DNA from: Balanoglossus misakiensis
Lineage: Eukaryota > Animalia > Hemichordata
Reading direction: 5' to 3'
DNA: 64,000 nt
Assembly (NCBI GenBank): GCA_040954595.2
Contig: CM082590.2
Coordinates: 1,488,001 to 1,552,000 of the forward strand
A model generated the notes under the pieces. The model searched no databases. It saw nothing but the letters and a program-made list of their open reading frames with translations, and was not told where the DNA came from. A program made the position numbers and the translations under genes. Within the stretch, counting starts at the first letter, position 1; each line of letters opens with the position of its first letter. Positions 15,001 through 30,000 of the stretch are shown in pieces.

Positions 15001-18000
15001 CAGCCTACCAATGTACCTATTATATTTTGCACTTTTTGTAACTGAAGCCTGACTGTCGCCTGTCTTAGGTCACCACTTCATAAGCGGTCTTACCCGTCAT
15101 TGGCACAAACAGTCTCAGGAAGTAAGCTTTCAGCCTACCAATGCAGCTATTATATTTTCCACTTTTTGTAAGTGAAGCCTGACTGTCACCTGTCTTAGGT
15201 CACCACTTCATAAAAGGTCTTACCCGTCATTGGCACAAACAGTCTCAGGAAGTAATCTTTCAGCCTACCAATGTAGCTATTGTATTTTCCACTTTTTGTA
15301 AGTGAAGCCTGACTGTCACCTGTCTTAGGTCACCACTTCATAAGCGGTCTTACCCGTCATTGGCACAAACAGTCTCAGGAAGTAAGCTTTCAGCCTACCA
15401 ATGTACCTATTATATTTTGCACTTTTTGTAACTGAAGCCTGACTGTCGCCTGTCTTAGGTCACCACTTCATAAGCGGTCTTACCCGTCATTGGCACAAAC
15501 AGTCTCAGGAAGTAAGCTTTCAGCCTACCAATGCAGCTATTATATTTTCCACTTTTTGTAAGTGAAGCCTGACTGTCACCTGTCTTAGGTCACCACTTCA
15601 TAAAAGGTCTTACCCGTCATTGGCACAAACAGTCTAAGGAAGTAAGCTTTTAGCCTACCAATGTAGCTATTATATTTTCCACTTTTTGTAACTGAAGCCT
15701 GACTGTCACCTGTCTTAGGTCACCACTTCATAAGCGGTCTTACCCGTCATTGGCACAAACAGTCTCAGGAAGTTATCTTTCAGCCTACCAATGTAGCTAT
15801 TGTAATTTCCAGTTTTTGTAAGTGAAGCCTGACTGTCGCCTGTCTTAGGTCACCACTTCATAAGCGGTCTTACCCGTCATTGGCACAAACAGTCTAAGGA
15901 AGTAAGCTTTTAGCCTACCAAAGTAGCTATTATATTTTCCACTTTTTGTAAGTGAAGCCTGACTGTCGCCTGTCTTAGGTCACCACTTCATAAGCGGTCT
16001 TGCCCGTCATTGGCACAAACAGTCTAAGGAAGTAAGCTTTTAGCCTACCAATGTAGCTATTATATTTTCCACTTTTTGTAAGTGAAGCCTGACTGTCGCC
16101 TGTCTTAGGTCACCACTTCATAAGAGGTCTTACCCGTCATTGGCACAAACAGTCTCAGGAAGTAAGCTTTCAGCCTACCAATGTAGCTATTGTATTTTCC
16201 ACTTTTTGTAAGTGAAGCCTGACTATCGCCTGTCTTAGGTCACCACTTTATAAGCGGTCTTACCCGTCATTGGCACAAACAGTCTCAGGAAGTAAGCTTT
16301 CAGCCTACCAATGTAGCTATTATATTTTCCACTTTTTGTAAGTGAAGCCTGACTGTCGCCTGTCTTAGGTCACCACTTCATAAGCGGTCTTACCCGTCAT
16401 TGGCACAAACAGTCTAAGGAAGTAAGCTTTTAGCCTACCAATGTAGCTATTATATTTTCCACTTTTTGTAACTGAAGCCTGACTGTCACCTGTCTTAGGT
16501 CACCACTTCATAAGCGGTCTTACCCGTCATTGGCACAAACAGTCTCAGGAAGTTATCTTTTAGCCTACCAATGTAGCTATTGTAATTTCCACTTTTTGTA
16601 AGTGAAGCCTGACTATCGCCTGTCTTAGGTCACCACTTTATAAGCGGTCTTACCCGTCATTGGCACAAACAGTCTCAGGAAGTAAGCTTTCAGCCTACCA
16701 ATGTAGCTATTATATTTTCCACTTTTTGTAAGTGAAGCCTGACTGTCGCCTGTCTTAGGTCACCACTTTATAAGCGGTCTTACCCGTCATTGGCACAAAC
16801 AGTCTCAGGAAGTAAGCTTTTAGCCTACTACATGGCACAAACAGTCTAAGGAAGTAAGCTTTTAGCCTACCAATGTAGCTATTATATTTTCCACTTTTTG
16901 TAAGTGAAGCCTGACTGTCGCCTGTCTTAGGTCACCACTTCATAAGCGGTCTTACCCGTCATTGGCACAAACAGTCTCAGGAAGTAAGCTTTTAGCCTAC
17001 TACATGGCACAAACAGTCTAAGGAAGTAAGCTTTCAGCCTACCAATGTAGCTATTATATTTTCCACTTTTTGTAAGTGAAGCCTGACTGTCGCCTGTCTT
17101 AGGTCACCACTTCACAAGCGGTCTTACCCGTCATTGGCACAAACAGTCTAAGGAAGTAAGCTTTTAGCCTACCAATGTAGCTATTATATTTTCCACTTTT
17201 TGTAACTGAAGCCTGACTGTCACCTGTCTTAGGTCACCACTTCATAAGCGGTCTTACCCGTCATTAGCACAAACAGTCTCAGGAAGTAAGCTTTCAGCCT
17301 ACCAATGTACCTATTATATTTTCCACTTTTTGTAAGTGAAGCCTGACTGTCGCCTGTCTTAGGTCACCACCTAATAAGCAGTCTTACCCGTCATTGGCAC
17401 AAACAGTCTCAGGAAGTAATCTTTCAGCCTACCAATGTAGCTATTGTATTTTTCACTTTTTGTAAGTGAAGCCTGACTGTCACCTGTCTTAGGTCACCAC
17501 TTCATAAGCGGTCTTACCCGTCATTGGCACAAACAGTCTCAGGAAGTAAGCTTTCAGCCTACCAATGTACCTATTATATTTTGCACTTTTTGTAACTGAA
17601 GCCTGACTGTCGCCTGTCTTAGGTCACCACTTCATAAGCGGTCTTACCCGTCATTGGCACAAACAGTCTCAGGAAGTAAGCTTTCAGCCTACCAATGCAG
17701 CTATTATATTTTCCACTTTTTGTAAGTGAAGCCTGACTGTCACCTGTCTTAGGTCACCACTTCATAAAAGGTCTTACCCGTCATTGGCACAAACAGTCTA
17801 AGGAAGTAAGCTTTTAGCCTACCAATGTAGCTATTATATTTTCCACTTTTTGTAACTGAAGCCTGACTGTCACCTGTCTTAGGTCACCACTTCATAAGCG
17901 GTCTTACCCGTCATTGGCACAAACAGTCTCAGGAAGTTATCTTTCAGCCTACCAATGTAGCTATTGTAATTTCCACTTTTTGTAAGTGAAGCCTGACTGT

Positions 18001-21000
18001 CGCCTGTCTTAGGTCACCACTTCATAAGCGGTCTTACCCGTCATTGGCACAAACAGTCTAAGGAAGTAAGCTTTTAGCCTACCAAAGTAGCTATTATATT
18101 TTCCACTTTTTGTAAGTGAAGCCTGACTGTCGCCTGTCTTAGGTCACCACTTCATAAGCGGTCTTGCCCGTCATTGGCACAAACAGTCTAAGGAAGTAAG
18201 CTTTTAGCCTACCAATGTAGCTATTATATTTTCCACTTTTTGTAAGTGAAGCCTGACTGTCGCCTGTCTTAGGTCACCACTTCATAAGAGGTCTTACCCG
18301 TCATTGGCACAAACAGTCTCAGGAAGTAAGCTTTCAGCCTACCAATGTAGCTATTATATTTTCCACTTTTTGTAAGTGAAGCCTGACTGTCGTCTGTCTT
18401 AGGTCACCACTTCATAAGCGGTCTTACCCGTCATTGGCACAAACAGTCTCAGGAAGTAAGCTTTCAGCCTACCCATGTAGCTATTGTATTTTCCACTTTT
18501 TGTAAGTGAAGCCTGACTGTCGCCTGTCTTAGGTCACCACTTCATAAGCGGTCTTACCCGTCATTGGCACAAACAGTCTCAGGAAGTAAGCTTTCAGCCT
18601 ACCAATGTAGCTATTATATTTTCCACTTTTTGTAAGTGAAGCCTGACTGTCGTCTGTCTTAGGTCACCACTTCATAAGCGGTCTTACCCGTCATTGGCAC
18701 AAACAGTCTCAGGAAGTAAGCTTTCAGCCTACCAATGTAGCTATTATATTTTCCACTTTTTGTAAGTGAAGCCTGACTGTCGCCTGTCTTAGGTCACCAC
18801 TTCATAAGCGGTCTTACCCGTCATTGGCACAAACAGTCTCAGGAAGTAAGCTTTTAGCCTACTACATGGCACAAACAGTCTAAGGAAGTAAGCTTTTAGC
18901 CTACCAATGTAGCTATTATATTTTCCACTTTTTGTAAGTGAAACCTGACTGTCGCCTGTCTTAGGTCACCACTTCATAAGCGGTCTTACCCGTCATTGGC
19001 ACAAACAGTCTCAGGAAGTAAGCTTTTAGCCTACTACATGGCACAAACAGTCTAAGGAAGTAAGCTTTCAGCCTACCAATGTAGCTATTATATTTTCCAC
19101 TTTTTGTAAGTGAAGCCTGACTGTCGCCTGTCTTAGGTCACCACTTCACAAGCGGTCTTACCCGTCATTGGCACAAACAGTCTAAGGAAGTAAGCTTTTA
19201 GCCTACCAATGTAGCTATTATATTTTCCACTTTTTGTAACTGAAGCCTGACTGTCACCTGTCTTAGGTCACCACTTCATAAGCGGTCTTACCCGTCATTA
19301 GCACAAACAGTCTCAGGAAGTAAGCTTTCAGCCTACCAATGTAGCTATTATATTTTCCACTTTTTGTAAGTGAAGCCTGACTGTCGCCTGTCTTAGGTCA
19401 CCACTTCATAAGCAATCTTACCCGTCATTGGCACAAACAGTCTCAGGAAGTAATCTTTCAGCCTACCAATGTAGCTATTGTATTTTCCACTTTTTGTAAG
19501 TGAAGCCTGACTGTCACCTGTCTTAGGTCACCACTTCATAAGCGGTCTTACCCGTCATTGGCACAAACAGTCTCAGGGAGTAAGCTTTCAGCCTACCAAT
19601 GTAGCTATTGTATTTTCCACTTTTTGTAAGTGAAGCCTGACTGTCGCCTGTCTTAGGTCACCACTTCATCAGCGGTCTTACCCGTCATTGGCACAAACAG
19701 TCTCAGGAAGTAAGCTTTCAGCCTACCAATGTAGCTATTATATTTTCCACTTTTTGTAAGTGAAGCCTGATTGTCGCCTGTCTTAGGTCACCACTTTATA
19801 AGAGGTCTTACCCGTCATTGGCACAAACAGTCTCAGGAAGTAAGCTTTCAGCCTACCAATGTAGCTATTATATTTTCCACTTTTTGTAAGTGAAGCCTGA
19901 CTGTCGCCTGTCTTAGGTCACCACTTCATAAGCGGTCTTACCCGTCATTGGCACAAGCAGTCTCAGGAAGTAAGCTTTCAGCAAACCAATGTAGCTATTG
20001 TATTTTCCACTTTTTGTTAGTGAAGCCTGACTGTCGCCTGTCTTAGGTCACCACTTCATAAGCGGTCTTACCCGTCATTGGCACAAACAGTCTCAGGAAG
20101 TAAGCTTTCAGCCAACCAATGTAGCTATTGTATTTTCCACTTTTTGTAAGTGAAGCCTGACTGTCGCCTGTCTTAGGTCACCACTTCATAAGCGGTCTTA
20201 CCCGTCATTGGCACAAACAGTCTCAGGAAGTAAGCTTTCAGCCTACCATTGTAGCTATTATATTTTCCACTTTTTGTAAGTGAAGCCTGACTGTCGCCTG
20301 TCTTAGGTCACCACTTCATCAGCGGTCTTACCGTCATTGGCACAAACAGTCTCAGGAAGTAAGCTTTCAGCCTACCAATGTACCTATTATATTTTGCACT
20401 TTTTGTAAGTGAAGCCTGACTGTCGCCTGTCTTAGGTCACCACTTCATAAGCGGTCTTACCCGTCATTGGCACAAACAGTCTCAGGAAGTAAGCTTTCAG
20501 CCTACCAATGTAGCTATTATATTTTCCACTTTTTGTAAGTGAAGCCTTACTGTCACCTGTCTTAGGTCACCACTTCATAAAAGGTCTTACCCGTCATTGG
20601 CACAAACAGTCTCAGGAAGTAAGCTTTCAGCCTACCAATGTAGCTATTGTATTTTCCACTTTTTGTAAGTGAAGCCTGACTGTCGCCTCTCTTAGGTCAC
20701 CACTTCATCAGCGGTCTTACCCGTCATTGGCACAAACAGACTCAGGAAGTAAGCTTTCAGCCTACCAATGTACCTATTATATTTTGCACTTTTTGTAATT
20801 GAAGCCTGACTGTCGCCTGTCTTAGGTCACCACTTCATAAGCGGTCTTACCCGTCATTGGCACAAACAGTCTCAGGAAGTAAGCTTTCAGCCTACCAATG
20901 TAGCTATTATATTTTCCACTTTTTGTAAGTGAAGCCTGACTGTCACCTGTCTTAGGTCACCACTTCATCAGCGGTCTTACCGTCATTGGCACAAACAGTC

Positions 21001-24000
21001 TCAGGAAGTAAGCTTTCAGCCTACCAATGTAGCTATTAAATTTTCCACTTTTTGTAGGTGAAGCCTGACTGTCGCCTGTCTTAGGTCACCACTTTATAAG
21101 CGGTCTTACCCGTCATTGGCACAAACAGTCTCAGGAAGTAAGCTTTCAGCCTACCAATGTAGCTATTATATTTTCCACTTTTTGTGAGTGAAGCCTGACT
21201 GTCGCCTGTCTTAGGTCACCACTTCATAAGCGGTCTTACCAGTCATTGGCACAAACAGTCTCAGGAAGTAAGCTTTCAGCCTACTCATATAGCTATTATA
21301 TTTTCCACTTTTCGTAAGTGAAGCCTGACTGTCGCCTGTCTTAGGTCACCACTTTATAAGAGGTCTTACCCGTCATTGGCACAAACAGTCTCAGGAAATA
21401 AGGTTTCAGCCTACAAATGTAGCTATTATATTTTCCACTTTTTGTAAGTGAAGCCTGACTGTCGCCTGTCTTAGGTCACCACTTCATAAGCGGTCTTACC
21501 TGTCATTGGCACAAACAGTCTCAGGAAGTAAGCTTTCAGCCTACCAATGTAGCTATTATATTTTCCACTTTTTGTAAGTGAAGCCTGACTGTCGCCTGTC
21601 TTAGGTCACCACTTCATAAGCGGTCTTACCCGTCATTGGCACAAACAGTCTCAGGAAGTAAGCTTTCAGCCTACCAATGCAGCTATTATATTTTCCACTT
21701 TTTGTAAGTGAAGCCTGACTGTCACCTGTCTTAGGTCACCACTTCATAAAAGGTCTTACCCGTCATTGGCACAAACAGTCTAAGGAAGTAAGCTTTTAGC
21801 CTACCAATGTAGCTATTATATTTTCCACTTTTTGTAACTGAAGCCTGACTGTCACCTGTCTTAGGTCACCACTTCATAAGCGGTCTTACCCGTCATTGGC
21901 ACAAACAGTCTAAGGAAGTAAGCTTTTAGCCTACCAAAGTAGCTATTATATTTTCCACTTTTTGTAAGTGAAGCCTGACTGTCGCCTGTCTTTGGTCACC
22001 ACTTCATAAGCGGTCTTACCCGTCATTGGCACAAACAGTCTAAGGAAGTAAGCTTTTAGCCTACCAATGTAGCTATTATATTTTCCACTTTTTGTAAGTG
22101 AAGCCTGACTGTCGCCTGTCTTAGGTCACCACTTCATAAGAGGTCTTACCCGTCATTGGCACAAACAGTCTCAGGAAGTAAGCTTTCAGCCTACCAATGT
22201 AGCTATTGTATTTTCCACTTTTTGTAAGTGAAGCCTGACTATCGCCTGTCTTAGGTCAGCACTTTATAAGCGGTCTTACCCGTCATTGGCACAAACAGTC
22301 TCAGGAAGTAAGCTTTCAGCCTACCAATGTAGCTATTATATTTTCCACTTTTTGTAAGTGAAGCCTGACTGTCGCCTGTCTTAGGTCACCACTTCATAAG
22401 CGGTCTTACCCGTCATTGGCACAAACAGTCTCAGGAAGTAAGCTTTCAGCCTACCCATGTAGCTATTGTATTTTCCACTTTTTGTAAGTGAAGCCTGACT
22501 GTCGCCTGTCTTAGGTCACCACTTCATAAGCGGTCTTACCCGTCATTGGCACAAACAGTCTCAGGAAGTAAGCTTTCAGCCTACCAATGTAGCTATTATA
22601 TTTTCCACTTTTTGTAAGTGAAGCCTGACTGTCGCCTGTCTTAGGTCACCATTTCATAAGCGGTCTTACCCGTCATTGGCACAAACAGTCTCAGGAAGTA
22701 AGCTTTTAGCCTACTACATGGCACAAACAGTCTAAGGAAGTAAGCTTTTAGCCTACCAATGTAGCTATTATATTTTCCACTTTTTGTAAGTGAAGCCTGA
22801 CTGTCGCCTGTCTTAGGTCACCACTTCATAAGCGGTCTTACCCGTCATTGGCACAAACAGTCTCAGGAAGTAAGCTTTTAGCCTACTACATGGCACAAAC
22901 AGTCTAAGGAAGTAAGCTTTCAGCCTACCAATGTAGCTATTATATTTTCCACTTTTTGTAAGTGAAGCCTGACTGTCGCCTGTCTTAGGTCACCACTTCA
23001 CAAGCGGTCTTACTCGTCATTGGCACAAACAGTCTAAGGAAGTAAGCTTTTAGCCTACCAATGTAGCTATTATATTTTCCACTTTTTGTAACTGAAGCCT
23101 GACTGTCACCTGTCTTAGGTCACAACTTCATAAGCGGTCTTACCCGTCATTAGCACAAACAGTCTCAGGAAGTAAGCTTTCAGCCTACCAATGTAGCTAT
23201 TATATTTTCCACTTTTTGTAAGTGAAGCCTGACTGTCGCCTGTCTTAGGTCACCACTTCATCAGCGGTCTTACCCGTCATTGGCACAAACAGTCTCAGGA
23301 AGTAAGCTTTCAGCCTACCAATGTAGCTATTATATTTTCCACTTTTTGTAAGTGAAGCCTGATTGTCGCCTGTCTTAGGTCACCACTTTATAAGAGGTCT
23401 TACCCGTCATTGGCACAAACAGTCTCAGGAAGTAAGCTTTCAGCCTACCAATGTAGCTATTATATTTTCCACTTTTTGTAAGTGAAGCCTGACTGTCGCC
23501 TGTCTTAGGTCACCACTTCATAAGCGGTCTTACCCGTCATTGGCACAAACAGTCTCAGGAAGTAAGCTTTCAGCAAACCAATGTAGCTATTGTATTTTCC
23601 ACTTTTTGTTATTGAAGCCTGACTGTCGCCTGTCTTAGGTCACCACTTCATAAGCGGTCTTACCCGTCATTGGCACAAACAGTCTCAGGAAGTAAGCTTT
23701 CAGCCAACCAATGTAGCTATTGTATTTTCCACTTTTTGTAAGTGAAGCCTGACTGTCGCCTGTCTTAGGTCACCACTTCATAAGCGGTCTTACCCGTCAT
23801 TGGCACAAACAGTCTCAGGAAGTAAGCTTTCAGCCTACCATTGTAGCTATTATATTTTCCACTTTTTGTAAGTGAAGCCTGACTGTCGCCTGTCTTAGGT
23901 CACCACTTCATCAGCGGTCTTACCCGTCATTGGCACAAACAATCTCAGGAAGTAAGGTTTCAGCCTACCAATGTAGCTATTATATTTTCCACTTTTTGTA

Positions 24001-27000
24001 AATGAAGCCTGACTGTCGCCTGTCTTAGGTCACCACTTCATAAGCTGTCTTACCCGTCATTGGCACAAACAGTCTCAGGAAGTAAGCTTTCAGCCTACCA
24101 ATGTAGCTATTGTATTTTCCACTTTTTGTAAGTGAAGCCTGACTGTCGCCTGTCTTAGGTCACCACTTCATAAGCGGTCTTACCCGTCATTGGCACAAAC
24201 AGTCTCAGGAAGTAAGCTTTCAGCCTACCAATGTACCTATTATATTTTGCACTTTTTGTAAGTGAAGCCTGACTGTCGCCTGTCTTAGGTCACCACTTCA
24301 TCAGCGGTCTTACCCGTCATTGGCACAAACAGACTCAGGAAGTAAGCTTTCAGCCTACCAATGTAGCTATTGTATTTTCCACTTTTTGTAAGTGAAGCCT
24401 GACTGTCGCCTGTCTTAGGTCACCACTTCATAAGCGGTCTTACCCGTCATTGGCACAAACAGTCTCAGGAAGTAAGCTTTCAGCCTACCAATGTACCTAT
24501 TATATTTTGCACTTTTTGTAAGTGAAGCCTGACTGTCGCCTGTCTTAGGTCACCACTTCATAAGCGGTCTTACCCGTCATTGGCACAAACAGTCTCAGGA
24601 AGTAAGCTTTCAGCCTACCAATGTAGCTATTATATTTTCCACTTTTTGTAAGTGAAGCCTGACTGTCACCTGTCTTAGGTCACCACTTCATAAAAGGTCT
24701 TACCTGTCATTGGCACAAACAGTCTCAGGAAGTAAGCTTTCAGCCTACCAATGTAGCTATTGTATTTTCCACTTTTTGTAAGTGAAGCCTGACTGTCGCC
24801 TGTCTTAGGTCACCACTTCATCAGCGGTCTTACCCGTCATTGGCACAAACAGACTCAGGAAGTAAGCTTTCAGCCTACTAATGTACCTATTATATTTTGC
24901 ACTTTTTGTCAGTGAAGCCTGAATGTCGCCTGTCTTAGGTCACCACTTCATAAGCGGTCTTACCCGTCATTGGCACAAACAGTCTCAGGAAGTAAGCTTT
25001 CAGCCTACCAATGTAGCTATTATATTTTCCACTTTTTGTAAGTGAAGCCTGACTGTCACCTGTCTTAGGTCACCACTTCATAAAAGGTCTTACCCGTCAT
25101 TGGCACAAACAGTCTCAGGAAGTAAGCTTTCAGCCTACCAATGTAGCTATTGCATTTTCCACTTTTTGTTAGTGAAGCCTGACTGTCGCCTGTCTTAGGT
25201 CACCACTTCATAAGCGGTCTTACCCGTCATTGGCACAAACAGTCTCAGGAAGTAAGCTTTCAGCCAACCAATGTAGCTATTGTATTTTCCACTTTTTGTA
25301 AGTGAAGCCTGACTGTCGCCTGTCTTAGGTCACCACTTCATAAGCGGTCTTACCCGTCATTGGCACAAACAGTCTCAGGAAGTAAGCTTTCAGCCTACCA
25401 TTGTAGCTATTATATTTTCCACTTTTTGTAAGTGAAGCCTGACTGTCGCCTGTCTTAGGTCACCACTTCATCAGCGGTCTTACCGTCATTGGCACAAACA
25501 GTCTCAGGAAGTAAGCTTTCAGCCTACCAATGTAGCTATTAAATTTTCCACTTTTTGTAAGTGAAGCCTGACTGTCGCCTGTCTTAGGTCACCACTTCAT
25601 AAGAGGTCTTACCCGTCATTGGCACAAACAATCTCAGGAAGTAAGGTTTCAGCCTACCAATGTAGCTATTATATTTTCCACTTTTTGTAAATGAAGCCTG
25701 ACTGTCGCCTGTCTTAGGTCACCACTTCATAAGCGGTCTTACCCGTCATTGGCACAAACAGTCTCAGGAAGTAAGCTTTCAGCCTACCAATGTAGCTATT
25801 GTATTTTCCACTTTTTGTAAGTGAAGCCTGACTGTCGCCTGTCTTAGGTCACCACTTCATAAGCGGTCTTACCCGTCATTGGCACAAACAGTCTCAGGAA
25901 GTAAGCTTTCAGCCTACCAATGTACCTATTATATTTTGCACTTTTTGTAAGTGAAGCCTGACTGTCGCCTGTCTTAGGTCACCACTTCATAAGCGGTCTT
26001 ACCCGTCATTGGCACAAACAGTCTCAGGAAGTAAGCTTTCAGCCTACCAATGTAGCTATTATATTTTCCACTTTTTGTAAGTGAAGCCTGACTGTCACCT
26101 GTCTTAGGTCACCACTTCATAAAAGGTCTTACCCGTCATTGGCACAAACAGTCTAAGGAAGTAAGCTTTCAGCCTACCAATGTAGCTATTGTATTTTCCA
26201 CTTTTTGTAAGTGAAGCCTGACTGTCGCCTGTCTTAGGTCACCACTTCATCAGCGGTCTTACCCGTCATTGGCACAAACAGACTCAGGAAGTAAGCTTTC
26301 AGCCTACCAATGTAGCTATTGTATTTTCCACTTTTTGTAAGTGAAGCCTGACTGTCGCCTGTCTTAGGTCACCACTTCATAAGCGGTCTTACCCGTCATT
26401 GGCACAAACAGTCTCAGGAAGTAAGCTTTCAGCCTACCAATGTACCTATTATATTTTGCACTTTTTGTAAGTGAAGCCTGACTGTCGCCTGTCTTAGGTC
26501 ACCACTTCATAAGCGGTCTTACCCGTCATTGGCACAAACAGTCTCAGGAAGTAAGCTTTCAGCCTACCAATGTAGCTATTATATTTTCCACTTTTTGTAA
26601 GTGAAGCCTGACTGTCACCTGTCTTAGGTCACCACTTCATAAAAGGTCTTACCCGTCATTGGCACAAACAGTCTCAGGAAGTAAGCTTTCAGCCTACCAA
26701 TGTAGCTATTGTATTTTCCACTTTTTGTAAGTGAAGCCTGACTGTCGCCTGTCTTAGGTCACCACTTCATCAGCGGTCTTACCCGTCATTGGCACAAACA
26801 GACTCAGGAAGTAAGCTTTCAGCCTACCAATGTACCTATTATATTTTGCACTTTTTGTAAGTGAAGCCTGAATGTCGCCTGTCTTAGGTCACCACTTCAT
26901 AAGCGGTCTTACCCGTCATTGGCACAAACAGTCTCAGGAAGTAAGCTTTCAGCCTACCAATGTAGCTATTATATTTTCCACTTTTTGTAAGTGAAGCCTG

Positions 27001-30000
27001 ACTGTCACCTGTCTTAGGTCACCACTTCATAAAAGGTCTTACCCGTCATTGGCACAAACAGTCTCAGGAAGTAAGCTTTCAGCCTACCAATGTAGCTATT
27101 GCATTTTCCACTTTTTGTAAGTGAAGCCTGACTGTCGCCTGTCTTAGGTCACCACTTCATCAGCGGTCTTACCCGTCATTGGCACAAACAGACTCAGGAA
27201 GTAAGCTTTCACCCTACCAATGTAGCTATTATATTTTCCACTTTTTGTAAGTGAAGCCTGATTGTCACCTGTCTTAGGTCACCACTTTATAAGCGGTCTT
27301 ACCCGTCATTGGCACAAACAGTCTCAGGAAGTAAGCTTTCAGCCTACCAATGTAGCTATTATATTTTCCATTTTTTGTGAGTGAAGCCTGACTGTCGCCT
27401 GTCTTAGGTCACCACTTCATAAGCGGTCTTACCAGTCATTGGCACAAACAGTCTCAGGAAGTAAGCTTTCAGCCTACCAATATAGTTATTATATTTTCCA
27501 CTTTTCGTAAGTGAAGCCTGACTGTCGCCTGTCTTAGGTCACCACTTTATAAGAGGTCTTACCCGTCATTGGCACAAACAGTCTCAGGAAATAAGGTTTC
27601 AGCCTACAAATGTAGCTATTATATTTTCCACTTTTTGTAAGTGAAGCCTGACTGTCGCAAGTCTTAGGTCACCACTTCATAAGCGGTCTTACCTGTCATT
27701 GGCACAAACAGTCTCAGGAAGTAAGCTTTCAGCCTACCAATGTACCTATTATATTTTGCACTTTTTGTAAGTGAAGCCTGACTGTCGCCTGTCTTAGGTC
27801 ACCACTTCATAAGCGGTCTTACCCGTCATTGGCACAAACAGTCTCAGGAAGTAATCTTTCAGCCTACCAATGTAGCTATTGTAATTTCCACTTTTTCTAA
27901 GTGAAGCCTGACTGTCGCCTGTCTTAGGTCACCACTTCATAAGCGGTCTTACCCGTCATTGGCACAAACAGTCTCAGGAAGTAAGCTTTCAGCCTACCAA
28001 TGTAGCTATTGTATTTTCCACTTTTTGTAAGTGAAGCCTGACTGTCGCCTGTCTTAGGTCACCACTTCATAAGCGGTCTTACCCGTCATTGGCACAAACA
28101 GTCTCAGGAAGTAAGCTTTCAGCCTACCAATGTAGCTATTGTATTTTCCACTTTTTGTAAGTGAAGCCTGACTGTCGCCTGTCTTAGGTTACCACTTCAT
28201 AAGCGGTCTTACCCGTCATTGGCACAAATAGTCTAAGGAAGTAAGCTTTCAGCCTACCAATGTAGCTATTATATTTTCCACTTTTTGTAAGTGAAGCCTG
28301 ACTGTCGCCTGTCTTAGGTCACCACTTCATAAGCGGTCTTACCCGTCATTGGCACAAACAGTCTGAGGAAGTAAGCTTTTAGCCTACCAAAGTAGCTATT
28401 ATATTTTCCACTTTTTGTAAGTGAAGCCTGACTGTCGCCTGTCTTAGGTCACCACTTCATAAGCGGTCTTACCCGTCATTGGCACAAACAGTCTCAGGAA
28501 GTAAGCTTTTAGCCTACTACATGGCACAAACAGTCTAAGGAAGTAAGCTTTTAGCCTACCAATGTAGCTATTATATTTTCCACTTTTTGTAAGTGAAGCC
28601 TGACTGTCGCCTGTCTTAGGTCACCACTTCATAAGCGGTCTTACCCGTCATTGGCACAAACAGTCTCAGGAAGTAAGCTTTCAGCCTACCCATGTAGCTA
28701 TTATATTTTCCACTTTTTGTAAGTGAAGCCTGACTGTCGCCTGTCTTAGGTCACCACTTCATAAGCGGTCTTACCCGTCATTGGCAGAAACAGTCTCAGG
28801 AAGTAAGCTTTCAGCCTACCAATGTAGCTATTATATTTTCCACTTTTTGTAACTGAAGCCTGACTGTCACCTGTCTTAGGTCACCACTTCATAAGCGGTC
28901 TTACCCGTCATTGGCACAAACAGTCTCAGGAAGTAAGCTTTCAGCCTACCAATGTAGCTATTATATTTTCCACTTTTTGTAAGTGAAGCCTGACTGTCGC
29001 CTGTCTTAGGTCACCACTTCATAAGCAGTCTTACCCGTCATTGGCACAAACAGTCTCAGGAAGTAATCTTTCAGCCTACCAATGTAGCTATTGTAATTTC
29101 CACTTTTTGTAAGTGAAGCCTGACTGTCGCCTGTCTTAGGTCACCACTTCATAAGCGGTCTTACCCGTCATTGGCACAAACAGTCTCAGGAAGTAAGCTT
29201 TCAGCCTACCAATGTAGCTATTATATTTTCCACTTTTTGTAAGTGAAGACTGACTGTCGCCTGTCTTAGGTCACCAGTTCATAAGCGGTCTTACCCGTCA
29301 TTAGCACAAACAGTCTCAGGAAGTAAGCTTTCAGCCTACCAATGTAGCTATTGTATTTTCCACTTTTTGTAAGTGAAGCCTGACTGTCGCCTGTCTTAGG
29401 TTACCACTTCATAAGCGGTCTTACCCGTCATTGGCACAAATAGTCTAAGGAAGTAAGCTTTCAGCCTACCAATGTAGCTATTATATTTTCCACTTTTTGT
29501 AAGTGAAGCCTGACTGTCGCCTGTCTTAGGTCACCACTTCATAAGCGGTCTTACCCGTCATTAGCACAAACAGTCTAAGGAAGTAAGCTTTTAGCCTACC
29601 AATGTAGCTATTATATTTTCCACTTTTTGTAAGTGAAGCCTGACTGTCGCCTGTCTTAGGTCACCACTTCATAAGAGGTCTTACCCGTCATTGGCACAAA
29701 CAGTCTCAGGAAGTAAGTTTTTAGCCTACTACATGGCACAAACAGTCTAAGGAAGTAAGCTTTCAGCCTACCAATGTAGCTATTATATTTTCCACTTTTT
29801 GTAAGTGAAGCCTGACTATCGCCTGTCTTAGGTCACCACTTTATAAGCGGTCTTACCCGTCATTGGCACAAACAGTCTCAGGAAGTAAGCTTTCAGCCTA
29901 CCAATGTAGCTATTATATTTTCCACTTTTTGTAAGTGAAGCCTGACTGTCGCCTGTCTTAGGTCACCATTTCATAAGCGGTCTTACCCGTCATTGGCACA

